Assembly: GCA_002633005.1 (NCBI GenBank)
Contig: NMRA01000024.1
Location: 124,001-188,000 of the forward strand
Length of the DNA stretch: 64,000 bases
Direction of reading: 5' to 3'
From: Phoronis australis
Taxonomy: Eukaryota > Animalia > Phoronida
Made by a program: the position numbers and the translations under genes. Below are positions 52,901 to 64,000 of this stretch, piece by piece. The notes under the pieces were generated by a model. The model made no database searches, was not told the DNA's origin, and saw only the letters and a program-made list of their open reading frames with translations. Position 1 is the first letter of the stretch, and each line of letters opens with the position of its first letter.

Positions 52901-55900
52901 TTTTGCTAAATGATTAAAAAATTTCTTAAATAAATACAAAGAGGACTTTTCACGACACCAAAGAGCAACAAAAATCCTCAACACTGTAATTGTACAGTTA
53001 GTGAAATTTATCAGGAAGACTCAAATGTAACACCGCCTTTTAAAGTTTCAAGCACCGCTAAAGGACAGTTCTCACATGTCCATCAAACTAACAATTCCGG
53101 CCAATCACAGCGCAAGACAGGTACACACCAGGATAGGGCGTCACCATCCTCCCTCAAACACTGTTTGCGATCGAAAGAGCAAAGACGAGGCACTTGTCCC
53201 GCAGAACAATGATACGTTACAGGGAACGAACGAGGACCAGCACCTGTAACTAACTGAAGTATGCAGCAGTCTTCAGAATCAAATGAACACATGCATGAAA
53301 AAAAAAAACAAAAAAAAACACACAATCGCTGAGTAAAAGAAGTTCACCTTGTTTCACAAACAATATAATTTTATTATTTTGTGTATTAGAATCTACTGTA
53401 TATTGATGCGGCAATTAATCCGCTTCCGTCAAAAGTTATCGCTATTCATGTGTCAAATTTTGGCTAACTTTTTTGATCGAGTCCGCCATCTTCGAGGACA
53501 GCGGCATAGGTTACGAGTTTTAAAAGGCTTATATTTTCACGAATATTCGAACAGTAAATTTAATTTAGTGACACATATTCTTACCTACCATTCTCTACAA
53601 TCCTATAGTTTTCACCAGAATTCAATCGCACCGCTGAACTTATTGAGTGGATGCAGTGCCCATGATTCACACATTTTCGACGCACCGACAACATGGCGAC
53701 TTCTGGTGAACTGAAAGGCATGTTCAACCGGCTACTTTGTCATCGGTGAATATCTAAGTACGAAACATTTTTAGACACGCTGCTACAAAAAGTAGTTTTG
53801 TACATTTTCCGGTGTCTGTGCCATAACTATAAGGAATCTTCTATTTATTTCAGTGTGAGTACCCAATCTATTGGCCTTGCAATCTTAAAAAAGGTAATTG
53901 AAATTATTTCGAAATCGATTTTGCTTGAAAGTCAACTTTTCATCACATTATAATTGTTTGTCAGAATAGGACACATAATTTTCTGATTTTTGGGCATAAA
54001 TTGTGTTTTGGTTTCATGTTTTGTATCCTGTTGCTTTCTACTTCAGGTTATATTAAAGCAACAAAATTTGAAAAAAGATTAATTTATTTACAGAAATAGG
54101 CTACATTGGGATTATGAATTATTCTGTCTCACAGCTTTATACTTTTTCATTATCCTGTTTGTCATGGTACTTAGTAGCCAAAGTAACAATTATGCATGTT
54201 CACTTTCATATATTTCAACGACGTGAATTTGATTCTGCCTGTATTGTTGAAATTTTCTATTTTACGTATTGTGGTAAGGCTTTTAGGATCATTTTGGCTT
54301 ATTAGTGCTGAGATCACTTCAGGTTTACTTTGCTAGATGTAACCCTTAGCTAACATGAAAGTTTGAAGCCCGTGCGTCTAATACTTTTAAGAAGTGACAT
54401 TTTTATCAGTTATGAGAGTTTCATATTAAGTGAAAGTTATCATCCTGTAGAGATTTAGATTTAGATTAAAATGATTTTACATGTCCATACCCAGCATGTG
54501 TCTTGTGGAGGTGCGAGACTCAAGGAAAGGGACCAAACCCGGACTGTAGGAGTGGACACAATCGTCGATGTAAACTATTACCGTCGTCACATGAAAAATA
54601 CCCATACTTCATGCAACGTTAGAATGTGTTTTCATTATGCATTGACCGAAATGATCCATTACTGGAAATAAGCAAAAAATAAAAAAAATATCCACTTCTT
54701 TTCTGTACCGGGATAGTGGCAGTGTTCAAGTTAGTTATTCTGAGTTTTTGGCACTCATGTTAATTTGGACAAAGCTAGATTTACGTGAAATATATGTTGA
54801 CGAAATTGACAGTCGATTAACACAGGATCAAAAACTTAGTTTATTGAATTCGCCATTTCTGAGTTACCCCGTGGCAAAAACTACGGAAACTGAAACGAAA
54901 TGTCTATAATGAAGCAGTTAGCTAATTGTCTACAGAGTTGCACAGCGAATTCAAGTGAACGAATGCATATGCAGGACATCATTAGACAACTGAATAACTA
55001 ATAAGCTAAAGAATACCACTACTTTTCTCATAATATTAGGCAACCAAAAATCTTTAAGGTTAGGTCAAACCCTAGAAAATTGTCAAATTTGGCTAGCTTC
55101 AGCACGTTGTATCTCGGAAATGGCCAATCGGATTCATTTGAAATTTTCAGATATTGTGATTCGTGCTGTGTTCTGCAAAACTTTCTTCCACTTTTGAATG
55201 AGAAGCCAGCAAAAATTAGGATTTTCGGGTTTTTATGAAAAAAATTACACGGTGGATAAAACAAAAACGAAACTATAATAAAATTGTCTATTCTTTATCT
55301 TGAACTTTTGTATCAAGTAAAATTTGTTCATTGTATTGATACCGTTGCTTAGCTGTGGATGTAGTGAATCCCTTTTCCTAAAGTTTACTAAAAAGGCATG
55401 TTCCAATTAACGGCAGCTTTTTTCCTGGTAGAAAATATATACATTCACGAAGTTTAATCTTAGTATAGTTTTGCAGATATCCGGATAATTATACAGACTG
55501 GTCGATGTGACGTAACCTTAACTTGCTAGTGCCAACGCAGACAGTCGACTCTAATTCATGATCGCTCGTATGTAGTTATGGAGTCTTTCGCACTCAAGAC
55601 ATGTGACTGATAAACTTTGCCGCGGTTTTCAAAAGCTGGAACATAATTCCGCTGAAAAGATCGGTTGCACCCACCCCTGAAACTACTGCCAAACACACAG
55701 TTGTCATCAGGTTGTGGTCTTCATCACTAAGCGATTTTACTTTGTTCTAACCTCGTCAATTTTGTCGTCCGCCGACCTAAATCATCAAATGCAAGTACGG
55801 TTTTGAGGTACTGCTGACTGTAACTGTTTCAGACAAGCGAGATTTAGTATGTTTTAGCCGACGAATTCTCTCCCGACTATATATCGTCCATTTTCTGCAT

Positions 55901-56009
55901 GACGTTGGTGGCAACGGCCCTACGAGTGATACATGTATGCTCCCTCAACATCTTGGTACACCTGGCCACTTTTGCCTTCTTAAAGACAAAACGATAGTTT
56001 TATAGCTTT

Positions 56010-56840
56010 TTGCGTTCAGGTTCCCAACGCTCAGGACGACCCGTCTGTAGCTACCTACTGTTTATTTGACTGCTGTGTACTTACTATGTTCACACATTTA
56101 CAACGCGCTTGAGTAGGGTTCATACAACACGTGTGGCCCACAGAAATGAGCTCCATCGCACGCGCCTTCTTTAAAATTTTGAGCCGACCACAGTGTACCG
56201 TGAACAGGTGGTTATATTTAATTAACCTATATTACATTAGTTATGTTCATTAAGAATGTAGATGTATGCTGTAAGCGGTATGCTGTAAGCTTTATTAATC
56301 TAAATTTGAAGACATACATGTATGTCACTTTGTAGTTCCGTCAGTCGTAACCAGGCGTTCACGTTCTTAACTCTCAGGGCGACCCATCTATAGCTACCTG
56401 ATATTTATCGGACTGTTGTGTACCTAGTATGTTCATACAATTACAAAGAGCTTACCCATGTTTCATATAACGCGTGCCTACAAAAATGAGCCTCTCCCAT
56501 CGCACGCGGCTTCATAATTTGAGCTGAACACAGTGTACTGTGAACAGGTGGTTACATTTAATTAACCGATGCTACAGGTAGTCGTGTTCAATAAGAACGT
56601 ACGCTCTAAGCGGCATGCTGTAAGCTTTATTAATCTAAATTTGAAACCATACTTTGCAGTTCGTCAATCGTAGCCAAGGACGGATCAACGATTTTGAGTT
56701 GGGGGGGGGGGGCGGGGCCTAAATCCGCCACTGGTAGCCGGGCGTCCACAATCTCAACGGTCAGGGCGACCTCTGCTGTTTATCGGATTGCCCACAGAAA
56801 TGAGCCCCGTCTTTGCAAGTTAAGCTGACCACAGTTTCCG
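56010..56840. repeat. Tandem repeat with a ~340-bp unit (two full copies plus one partial)
   Basis: tcaggRcgacc.. starts at about 56031, 56373 and 56761; cacagtgtacYgtgaacaggtggtta and tgctgtaagctttattaatctaaatttgaa each occur twice. Confidence 0.85.
56675..56733. mobile_element. Minimal 59-bp hAT-like MITE with GTAGC TSD
   Basis: gtagc|CAAGGACGGATC..poly-G..AATCCGCCACTG|gtagc. Confidence 0.7.
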
Positions 56841-57230
56841 GCAACTAAAATCATTTGTTCTCCCGGTTTGCTATTACACCTTTCTCGAGCATGTTTAATG
56901 AAAACTAACAATCTTTCATTTTCAGCGAAAGGCATTTTTAGTATAGCCAATTAAATAAGTATAGGCAATATGACTTAAAATTGGCTTGTTATAAGCGGAC
57001 CCAAAATCCCGGTGGGAGTACGTTCGAACCCGTCGCACCCCCCTGGGTACGGGCATAGCTTTATCTTTATGTATTTTATGTAATGATAGTCAGGTAACGA
57101 GGTGGACGTTACCTGGCCACAACATAAGTTAGCAGCTGACGGGGGGAGGGGCACAGGTTAGACACATGACCGTTTTCCGAAATGCTGGCTAAAACCGTTA
57201 CTGATGGGACAGCACAGGTTAGAATCATTA

Positions 57231-59617
57231 CAGGCCTGTAGCCAGCATTGCGCAGGGGGTGGTTCGAATTTGTTGAACAGTGGACCTTTGATATTTTGCA
57301 AACGTCGACACTGTGGAGTTTTCATTAAGGCCCACAGTTGACGCAGCTTAATCAGGGGAATGGGGAATTTGTACACACCACGATGACTCTCAGCTCTATG
57401 TTGTTGAGATGAGACGGAATTAGTAATACCATAGATGAGGATGCCGTGACGGTTGCTCACAAAGAACGGGACTCAATTCGGATGTAATGTGGTTCAAAAC
57501 GATACTTCCTGCCAAATTTTCAAATCAGGCATGCTTACTGAGTGATTACACGTGCTCGAACAGAAATATTTAGTCGGAGAATAACTTGACGAAATTTTTT
57601 TATCTACTTATATTTTTGAGTGTTACTTAATTTGCTTACATCGTTGGAAATAGGATCAACCCACTACTCACTATTCTGTTCGCCATTCCAAAGGTTCACT
57701 ACTTCGAAAGTTCACTACTGCAAAAAGGTCTAACCTTTTCAACTCCTGCAATTTTTATATGTTCATGCAAAAAGGAATGGTACTTCGGTTATTAGATACA
57801 CTGAATGGTGTACGAAAAACAACTCCCGGGTACTAAAATACTTTGGTTTTCATGCGCATGCGAAATTTCCCGCATGTCTTACGAACACGGGAAATGAGAA
57901 CGTTATTGCACTTAATGGAGTGGGAATATTGATAACTTATCAACCACGATACATTCATCAAATCCATGTCAAGTTCGCATCATTTCACAGCGCGACTGAA
58001 AAGTTTAGGGCCGCTGTGCCTGAACTTCACCCACTGGAACCACCCACACGGCCGGGGAGAAATTAAATATAGTTAGCGGGCTTCCTTGTCCCTGCCAGCC
58101 TTCACGAAGTCAGAGAACCCCATTCAGTGTTCTTAAATTGAAAACCGTTGGTCGCCGAAGCCCTGAACCGTGCCCAATGTTGTCCAAGCTTGAGAATGCG
58201 TCGTTCATTAGGTTCAAGAATCACGATTGGCAGTGATTGGGACTGAGCTTGTTTGTAAATAATGAAATCAATGTATTAAGAACTAGTCAACATTTTCACG
58301 CCCTTTAAATGGTTACTAAATGGACACAAAGACCTGGCGGGCCAGGTCGAAACGTTTGCGAACAACCAACCACGTCTCTAAGTAAGTGAACATTTTATAT
58401 ACAATGCCTCTAGAGACCAATGACAAACCTATTCTCCAGGACACAAATACAATAATTTATTCATGTCTGTTACGACTCATTTTAACAGACAGCAGAGTAA
58501 TGAACCCTGCGGCTTAGTGGTTTTAGGTCGGTACTCCTGTTTGGGAGACCAGGGTTGGAATCCTGGCTTCGCTGGCTGACAATCGAGCATTGCACACTGG
58601 CAAAAGTGTATCCTACTCCTCTGAGCTCGGTCTTATACTAGTGAATGGGCGCAAGGGTGTGAATTAGAACCTGGATATAATGCGAAGCGACTCCTGAGGC
58701 TGTGATGTTTAAGAAAAAAAATAAGTGTCGAAGTTCTATTTTTCAAGTTGGAATTGTGAACACTCGAAGTAGTGAACTTTCGAAGGTGGCGAACCTTGGG
58801 AGCAGTGGACCTTCGGAGGAGCGAACCTTCGAAATAGTGTCATCTAACCTTGGAAATCTTTTCCATCAAGTTAGCTGCTCGTATGAACTTGAGGCTGTGC
58901 ACTATTGACACTATTGACAAGAGAAGTCCGTCTTCATTGACCGAAGTTTTTATTGGGTCTAGACCTACTTTTCCACAAAATGCTCGTCGGTGTTTTCTTA
59001 GACCTAGGAACCAATATCTAGCTTAGACCAAGCAAACACGGTTATAGTCACGGTTAAATACTGGTTTTTGATCAACAAGTGAAGCTGCCTATAGTTAACT
59101 TACCGTCGGCTCACTTCTACTGCATTTGAAAGAACGGAAAGGCACACACGTGTACACGCATACATGTTAATCCACCAATCCACAATCAAAGTGGACACTG
59201 GATGAAAAACATACCTGTATTTGACGAAGACTTTCAATTCCAAATTTGAAAACGCCTGCCCTTTACCGTACTAAGCTAGCAAGCAATATCAGATAACAAG
59301 CCTATTTTCTGCTGTTTTGTTTCTTGGTCGATTTTAATGCATTCACACCGCACTGCTTTTTGGGAGTTCTCTCGCTGCTATGTACATGTAAAGCCTCCTC
59401 TAATTGTCTGCACGATCCTGTCATCTACATCAAAACCACTTGGGCGAAATTGGCCGGATACGATCCGGTGATTACGTGAAGCGCTTTGAATCAGAAGAAA
59501 ATTCTAAATTATTACTAACTCAGTTATCATTGTAGTTAGTAGTACCAGTGGCTGCAACAGGATAGGCTGGGGGTGGACCTTTTCCGCGGAGGGGGTTCGA
59601 TCCTGGCTACGGGCCTG
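57231..59617. mobile_element. 2.4-kb non-autonomous hAT-like element with CATTA TSD, containing nested repeats
   Basis: TIRs CAGGCCTGTAGCCAG / CTGGCTACGGGCCTG; catta on both sides. Confidence 0.7.
58505..58721 (+). mobile_element. tRNA-derived SINE
   Basis: A-box-like GCGGCTTAGTGG, B-box-like GGTTGGAATCC (58553-58563), body of about 150 bp, A-rich tail. Confidence 0.6.
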
Positions 59618-60726
59618 CATTAGAAAACATGCATCTGTCATCGTTTCCTGGATAGAAACATTTCATCTAAATTTCACCAAAGAAATCTAGTTCTAGGATC
59701 TCCCACCATAAGATCAGCAGTAGCCGAATTATCTAAAAATTGACGACGACCGATTTCATCATTTTATCACTAAAAACATATTTTCACGAATTAATGAAGA
59801 CCCTTTATGATATTTACTAGATTTTTCAACCGCTTACAGCCCGGTTTAGTCAAGGGCTGTAAAATACGCGATGGTATGTCCTCTCTATAGGCTGTTGCCT
59901 GGAAACTAAGAAAAAACACAAACTTAATTTTTTATTTACTTAGACAACAAACTGATGGAAAATATTATTTGAAATCACCAGCACCCCGCAAATTGTCCCC
60001 AGAGGACCCAAAATGGGTAAAAATCAAATTCACAAAATTGGGCAAAATTTACTGAATTTTAGCAATCCAATGAAGGTTAATGGAGACTTTTTGAAAATGC
60101 GAAGACTGTATTCTGATAGATAGGTTCAATGTCTAGGCAAACACCATAACGATAATTTTTTTCTTGTTCTTTTCAACCGTTAAAGTTACAACAGGCACAA
60201 AAACAAATATGTCCGACCGGCGGGCGGATCTTAGCGATCATGGTCCAGATTGCACGAACACAGTCAGCTGAGGTGCTGTCCTTGAGCAACTGGCAGTTAC
60301 GTGGAATTTTACATTATCCTAGTGTGTTTGTTCATTTATTGTAAAATTTACAATGAGAATAGCCCTATCAGTTTTCACTTCTTTCCATGGGGGCCCTCAG
60401 TAAACACGTACAAAGACAGTAAGACAAACAGAACTATCAAATGAAAGACAGGATACAAATGATCAATGCTGAATATAAAACTGACATGGAAAGACTGATG
60501 AAACAAAATAAATAATAAAAACAATAAATCGAAGATACTTTTTATATATTTACATATACACATATACAAAATTGATTTAACACAGGACACTTGTCGTTAT
60601 TAGCAGTTTTCATTCCGTTCTGTACGTATGCTCGGAATAAAGTTCTACACTCCAAAGAACATTGGTGAAGCAACTGTGTGTTTAATCAATTGTACATGTC
60701 GAAAAACTTGCTCCCGAAGTACAGCC

Positions 60727-61158
60727 TAAAATCCCGTTTAGATATCAACTTTTGGCCCCGCGCAACTGACACGGAGCAAATTGACCCGTGTCAAGCGGCC
60801 GTTTACACACACAACTCACTAACTGTGGCAAGACGGAAATTGCAGGCTGGAGAGACTGGTTCGCACATGCGCAGGTTTACAAATGACGAGAGTTGCAGAG
60901 ACAAAGAACCCCGGCGTACGTAGGTCATTAGGCAAGCGCAGTAGATATGATCCTTCCCGCATTGCCCTAGTCACGCGTTTAGACATATAATTGATACTTA
61001 GCAAGATGTTTAGGCGCAAATTGCTCTACCTACCAAACGGGTGTCAAAATTTGTCACCGCGGTGTCAATTTGCTCCGTGTCAGTCCCGTTTACACACTGG
61101 AACAGCTCATTCCGTGTCAGCTGATCCGTGTCAGCTTTTGAAGTGTAAACGGCACTAT
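60727..61158. mobile_element. Harbinger-like MITE
   Basis: Right end GTGTAAACGGCACTA; internal repeats of CCGTTTACAC and CCGTGTCA; perfect inverted 21-mer ACTGACACGGAGCAAATTGAC (about 60765) / GTCAATTTGCTCCGTGTCAGT (about 61064). Confidence 0.55.
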
Positions 61159-62110
61159 ATACATAATATGTTATACAACGTACGTGTTTGTATATGTACA
61201 TATAGATTATTACATGGCGAAGTCGTTTTCCCTCGTAATCTAGAACCCGAGTGGATTTTGGAGAATTATCGCCTCGACTAATTCAATTTTAACAGGAATT
61301 GCTCTTCTTCGAACCAAAATAAAATTTATCTGGGAGATAGTGGTTAGTTTTTGAGGTAAATTGCGAAGTTTTCATTTAAAAAGGGTTTCGTTAAAACTGA
61401 CCAAGGGGTTATTTTGTTATTGTTGTACCATTCACGAAATGAAGTTTTGACTTAAAAATGTTAACGTAAAAATAATAATAACGGCACATAAACCTAAAAC
61501 CTGATTTTATATTCTCTGGTCTTTTTTCTTTCAGAAAATACATACTTTTATTAGTTAACATAGCCTAGTTTTTTGAATTAGTATGAAGGTTACTAAATAA
61601 GGTTTGAGATAATCTTCAAGTTAAGTTTAATTGTCAATTAATTTTTTCTTAAACGATTGCTATTCTGTTAAAAAACAGCGACAACTAATTTTACAGAATT
61701 CAGATTGACTATATCTACCGTGCTCGTTGGTGTGACAATATCATGTACAATATTACATATATGTAAAATACAACGTCGTACGGAAACTGACGGATATTGT
61801 ATCGAATCAGCGTGAACCTGATGTTTTATGTTGCATGTAAAGTGCCCTATCATTTAGCACAGACATCATGTTTCGCAATCGTCAAGACTTAGGATACGTC
61901 AAACACTGAGTGAATAAGTAAACAAGATTTAGCTAGATCCATGAGCTAATAGTTCATTGGCTGATGTTATTCATAAGTAAACAGCATCATGTTTGCGCAA
62001 CGCACGCGGTTATACAAATTTCTAAACTATTTATAATACGCATCAGTTTATCACAAGCTACTCGCGCATATTATATCTGTTGCGAACAAAGCTAACTTCT
62101 CTCTCTAACA

Positions 62111-62180
62111 ATGGACGACATTGTAGGAACCTGGGCATTCGAGTCGTCGGAAAATGACGAAGCTTACGCCAAGGCAGAAG
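62111..62180 (+). CDS. Exon 1 of a second, tandem FABP paralog (remaining exons presumably beyond the window)
   Basis: MDDIVGTWAFESSENDEAYAKAEG followed by GT donor at 62181; two amino-acid differences from exon 30179-30248; about 300 bp upstream is also homologous. Confidence 0.85.
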
Positions 62181-64000
62181 GTACTGTTCATGACGGCGTT
62201 TTGTCGTTCAGCAACTTTTCCAGAAGTGAGGGGTTCTGAGCGTGCGATAACATCTGGCTCCTTTGTTAACTGCCCAGCACAGTCATATGTCCCGTATGAC
62301 AACAAGCAGGCGAATTATCTCCCAGGCTTCAAAGGGTTACTGAAATCTGGCAGAATAGACAATCTTAACTTCTGTTGTAGTTGTGCGACTTTGGTGATTC
62401 AAAAACTAAATGTGCTCAGCATTTGACAAGGAATTTAGAAGTGCTATTGGTTTATGTTCAAATACGTTAAAACTTAACTTTCATTTTTAGCAGCACAGCC
62501 CAGTCAGGCTAATACGATCTGATCGGAGATTAGAGCAATTATCGAACAAACGAGAGCCGGCCCTCCAACCATGAATGCCAGAGTGGAGTTGTGTAAGATA
62601 TTGGCTACAGGGATGATCTTCCCAACTTGTTGGGCATAGAATCGAACAAGTTGGGAGCAACGGGAAAACGCCGCAATGGATCGAATTTTTGTTGTCACTC
62701 TATTTATTTTTTGAAGCAACTAGCAATAATCTCAGCTTATCTTAAACCATATCGATGGAGGTTGGCCAAAAGATCCGTCACAAAGGTTCTTTAGTCATTA
62801 TTTTTGTACGTACTACAGCCTCTGCACAGCTGTACGTACACGAGATAAAGCTAGCTGCGTTGCAATGTTCAGCTACACACCGGGCTAACTGACTCATTTG
62901 GTGCAAAGTTGTATATTGAATAGACACATTTTGGCGATAGTCTCCACAGACCTAGCTGGCTGACTATACTTACGAAGCTCAAGCGGTTTAAGGGTGGGCC
63001 ACCGGACTGATTTGGGTCGAAATTTGTGCCATTAAAACTGTACTCTTCCTTGAGTAAAGCAAATATTTTGCAGGTGTTACTTCAAAGCATCAGGTTACTC
63101 AGCCACACATTTTTTGTCTCTAAGCTTCCGATAAAACGATCAGTATATCCCAATCCTTTCCATAACGGTTCGTATTGACTACATGTACCGTATCAGCCAA
63201 TTGTAGTTTTATTAGCCAGCAAGCCAGCTAGATGAATGAAGACTATATATCGTCAAATTTAGTAGACAACGCTGCATCAAGACTTAAATCTTTTGTATTG
63301 AATGAATTTGAATTCAATAGCCCAGCACGCTGTGTATATAATACCACTACGGATACATGTAAATATAGAAATAGCTATGAGTTTGACTACGATTTAAGTG
63401 CCTGTTCGATGAGATACCAACAAATTATTGGCATTCAAGATACCGTTGTTACTTCCTGAAAAAAGTTAATAATGTGAAGACATTATTAGGAGGTACAATA
63501 ATGGCTGACGTGGAACTCAGCTCTGGACAAGGGTTGTCTCGGACATCTGTCAAGTTTCGCTGTTACACTGAGAAAACGTGACCGAATTCCAAAGCCTCAA
63601 ACTAGATTTACTCCTGTTACCCTCAGCTAACCCACTCTGACAATTTGAGACCCAGACATATTGACATTGCCAATTGAAAGTGGCTACGGATAGCTGAAAC
63701 AAATACATCTGCGCCACTTCCACCATATTTACTTTATCGAAGTCTGACAAACACAAAATGCCAGAAGTGTACAGCGTTTAAGCGTACGTGTACTTAACAG
63801 CAAACCCTTTACCACTTATTCCCGGTGATATTTCACTGAAACTGTTGCCATATGGAGCCCCGGACATCACAATTACAGGGTCCTGGGGAGAAGTAACCAT
63901 GATCATGGACCATGCTATACCACAGAACGACCTATCTACGATTCCAGGTCTTTGACTCCACGGATTACTTATCCGTTCTCATAGACTGAGCTTCATTCAG

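Overview
Eukaryotic, intron-rich, AT-rich invertebrate genomic DNA (the recurrent TACATGTA motif is suggestive of a lophotrochozoan, but this is inference). Most ORFs in the supplied track are spurious or are exon fragments. Spliced genes reconstructed by hand from GT-AG sites: (1) the 5' four exons of ADAM17/TACE (minus strand, continuing off the left edge); (2) head-to-head with it, an 18-exon SPAG1 (829 aa) that stops before the RPAP3_C domain; (3) a 4-exon, highly divergent FABP/iLBP gene, plus exon 1 and promoter of a tandem paralog near the right edge; (4) between the two FABP copies, a 2-exon minus-strand gene encoding signal peptide + helical region + half C-type lectin domain + TLDc domain (344 aa), the most unusual feature here. 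Non-coding space holds an internally deleted Kolobok-like transposon (THAP, TTAA TSD), TTAA MITEs, a family of CA..TG MITEs with 5-bp TSDs (hAT5-like), LINE fragments, tRNA-derived SINEs and several minisatellites. No CRISPR, rRNA or intact tRNA is supported.
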